A stretch of 64,000 nucleotides of DNA from Botryllus schlosseri (lineage: Eukaryota): NCBI GenBank assembly GCA_051294905.1, contig CM119378.1, forward strand, positions 4,218,001-4,282,000, written 5' to 3'. The notes below the pieces were generated by a model. That model saw only the letters and a list, made by a program, of their open reading frames with translations, was not told where the DNA came from and did no database searches. The position numbers and the translations under genes are program-made. Position 1 is the stretch's first letter. Each line of letters opens with the position of its first letter. Positions 62,916 to 64,000 of this stretch are shown in pieces.

Positions 62916-64000
62916 ACCCCTAGTGTACATTGTACAATGTACATATAAATAGGACACGGGGTATACAAAGTACATTTATAACGTAAGTCAGCATATCGTT
63001 GGAGATGATACAACCAAGATTATAGTAAGGAAAGCTATTGCATGGACATGAAAGTATATCTGTCGGCGTGGTAGATGCCCGCTGTTCCAGAAAACGTTCG
63101 TTTTTTGTGATTGAACAAAAATATCGAGACGTGGCGAATACGGTAGACTAGCGTTATTGTAGGTTCATTTGTTTTGATTACGCGTTTACTGCATATATTA
63201 ATGTATACGATATATTGATATGTGAGGTGTGCAGTGCACTCTGCGAAGCGTTAACGGTCAAAGCTTGTAATCGGTGCGCATCGAAGCGGGATGTTTGCAG
63301 GGAAACGTATTAAACTTCCTGGCTGTAAACATATAGGCCTACCCTGAAGATGCGGAATTTGCGTTATCCCGCAAGTACGTTCCATTAAAATCGGAAAATG
63401 CCAGCAATAATGACTAAGTGATAGTCTTTATGCATCAGTGACTTTCGACAAGCCGAGGTAGAAATTCTAAATAAAGTTTTTTGTTTTAATAAATTGTATT
63501 AACGTTTAGATTCATAGAATTTCTCAAATTATATGCTCATAGCTTCCTTTAGTCCGCGTCACACTCGATTGAACTTCTGGCTCTAGAATGTTTGTAATGA
63601 CAGGAAACGATATGGGATTTATGCGTGGTTGTTGGGAAACGAATCAACAAACCAATGCAGCTATTTACATTGTCAGAAGTTACATGCTGTATGAAGCGTT
63701 ATATGGTCATCAATTTTTAAACTTATGTGTATATATATAAATTCTGTTCAAATAGAGCAGTTAAAATAGTGTGAGCGCGATAGATAAATCAAAGTGCATA
63801 TGTATATTGAAGTAATGGCATTGACATTATCTATATCACGCATAAAAATAGTCAGTGGGACCTACATGTAATAAATAAAGCCTATACATGCGACTCCGTG
63901 TGATCGAAAGGGAATTTTGGTTACTGAGTGTATGATGCTTTTACCAATCAATCATACTCGGTCCGGTTATTATTAGCGTCCTACGTTACTGTATTACTTC

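Overview
This is eukaryotic (animal) genomic DNA, AT-rich, with short GT-AG introns and dense transposon content. The gene content and style suggest an invertebrate chordate such as an ascidian, which is inference only. Five protein-coding genes could be reconstructed by hand: a 5-coding-exon CYP1-family cytochrome P450 (minus strand, 23201-11869), intronless MFSD1 (39264-40778 +), intronless cyclin C (42715-43587 +), 5-exon TMEM70 (44960-48395 +) and 2-exon TDRD3 (56080-51960 -). The TDRD3 ORF track misses a last exon carrying an EJC-binding-like motif, and the gene has a 4x129-bp coding repeat. Most remaining DNA is nested hAT-type MITEs with 8-bp TSDs, CR1/L2-type LINE 3' ends and tRNA-derived SINEs. 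Most notable observations: (1) a fold-back Penelope-like retroelement with a GIY-YIG endonuclease remnant, two minimal hammerhead ribozymes and a SINE replacing part of one arm, plus a 74-bp TSD-flanked sibling insertion; (2) two clusters of AhR xenobiotic response elements, one with a DR5 nuclear-receptor element, upstream of a predicted TATA box and non-coding first exon of CYP1; (3) a CpG-depleted, co-oriented MFSD1-CCNC-TMEM70 block with operon or trans-splicing-like junctions. All calls were made by eye; no database searches were run.
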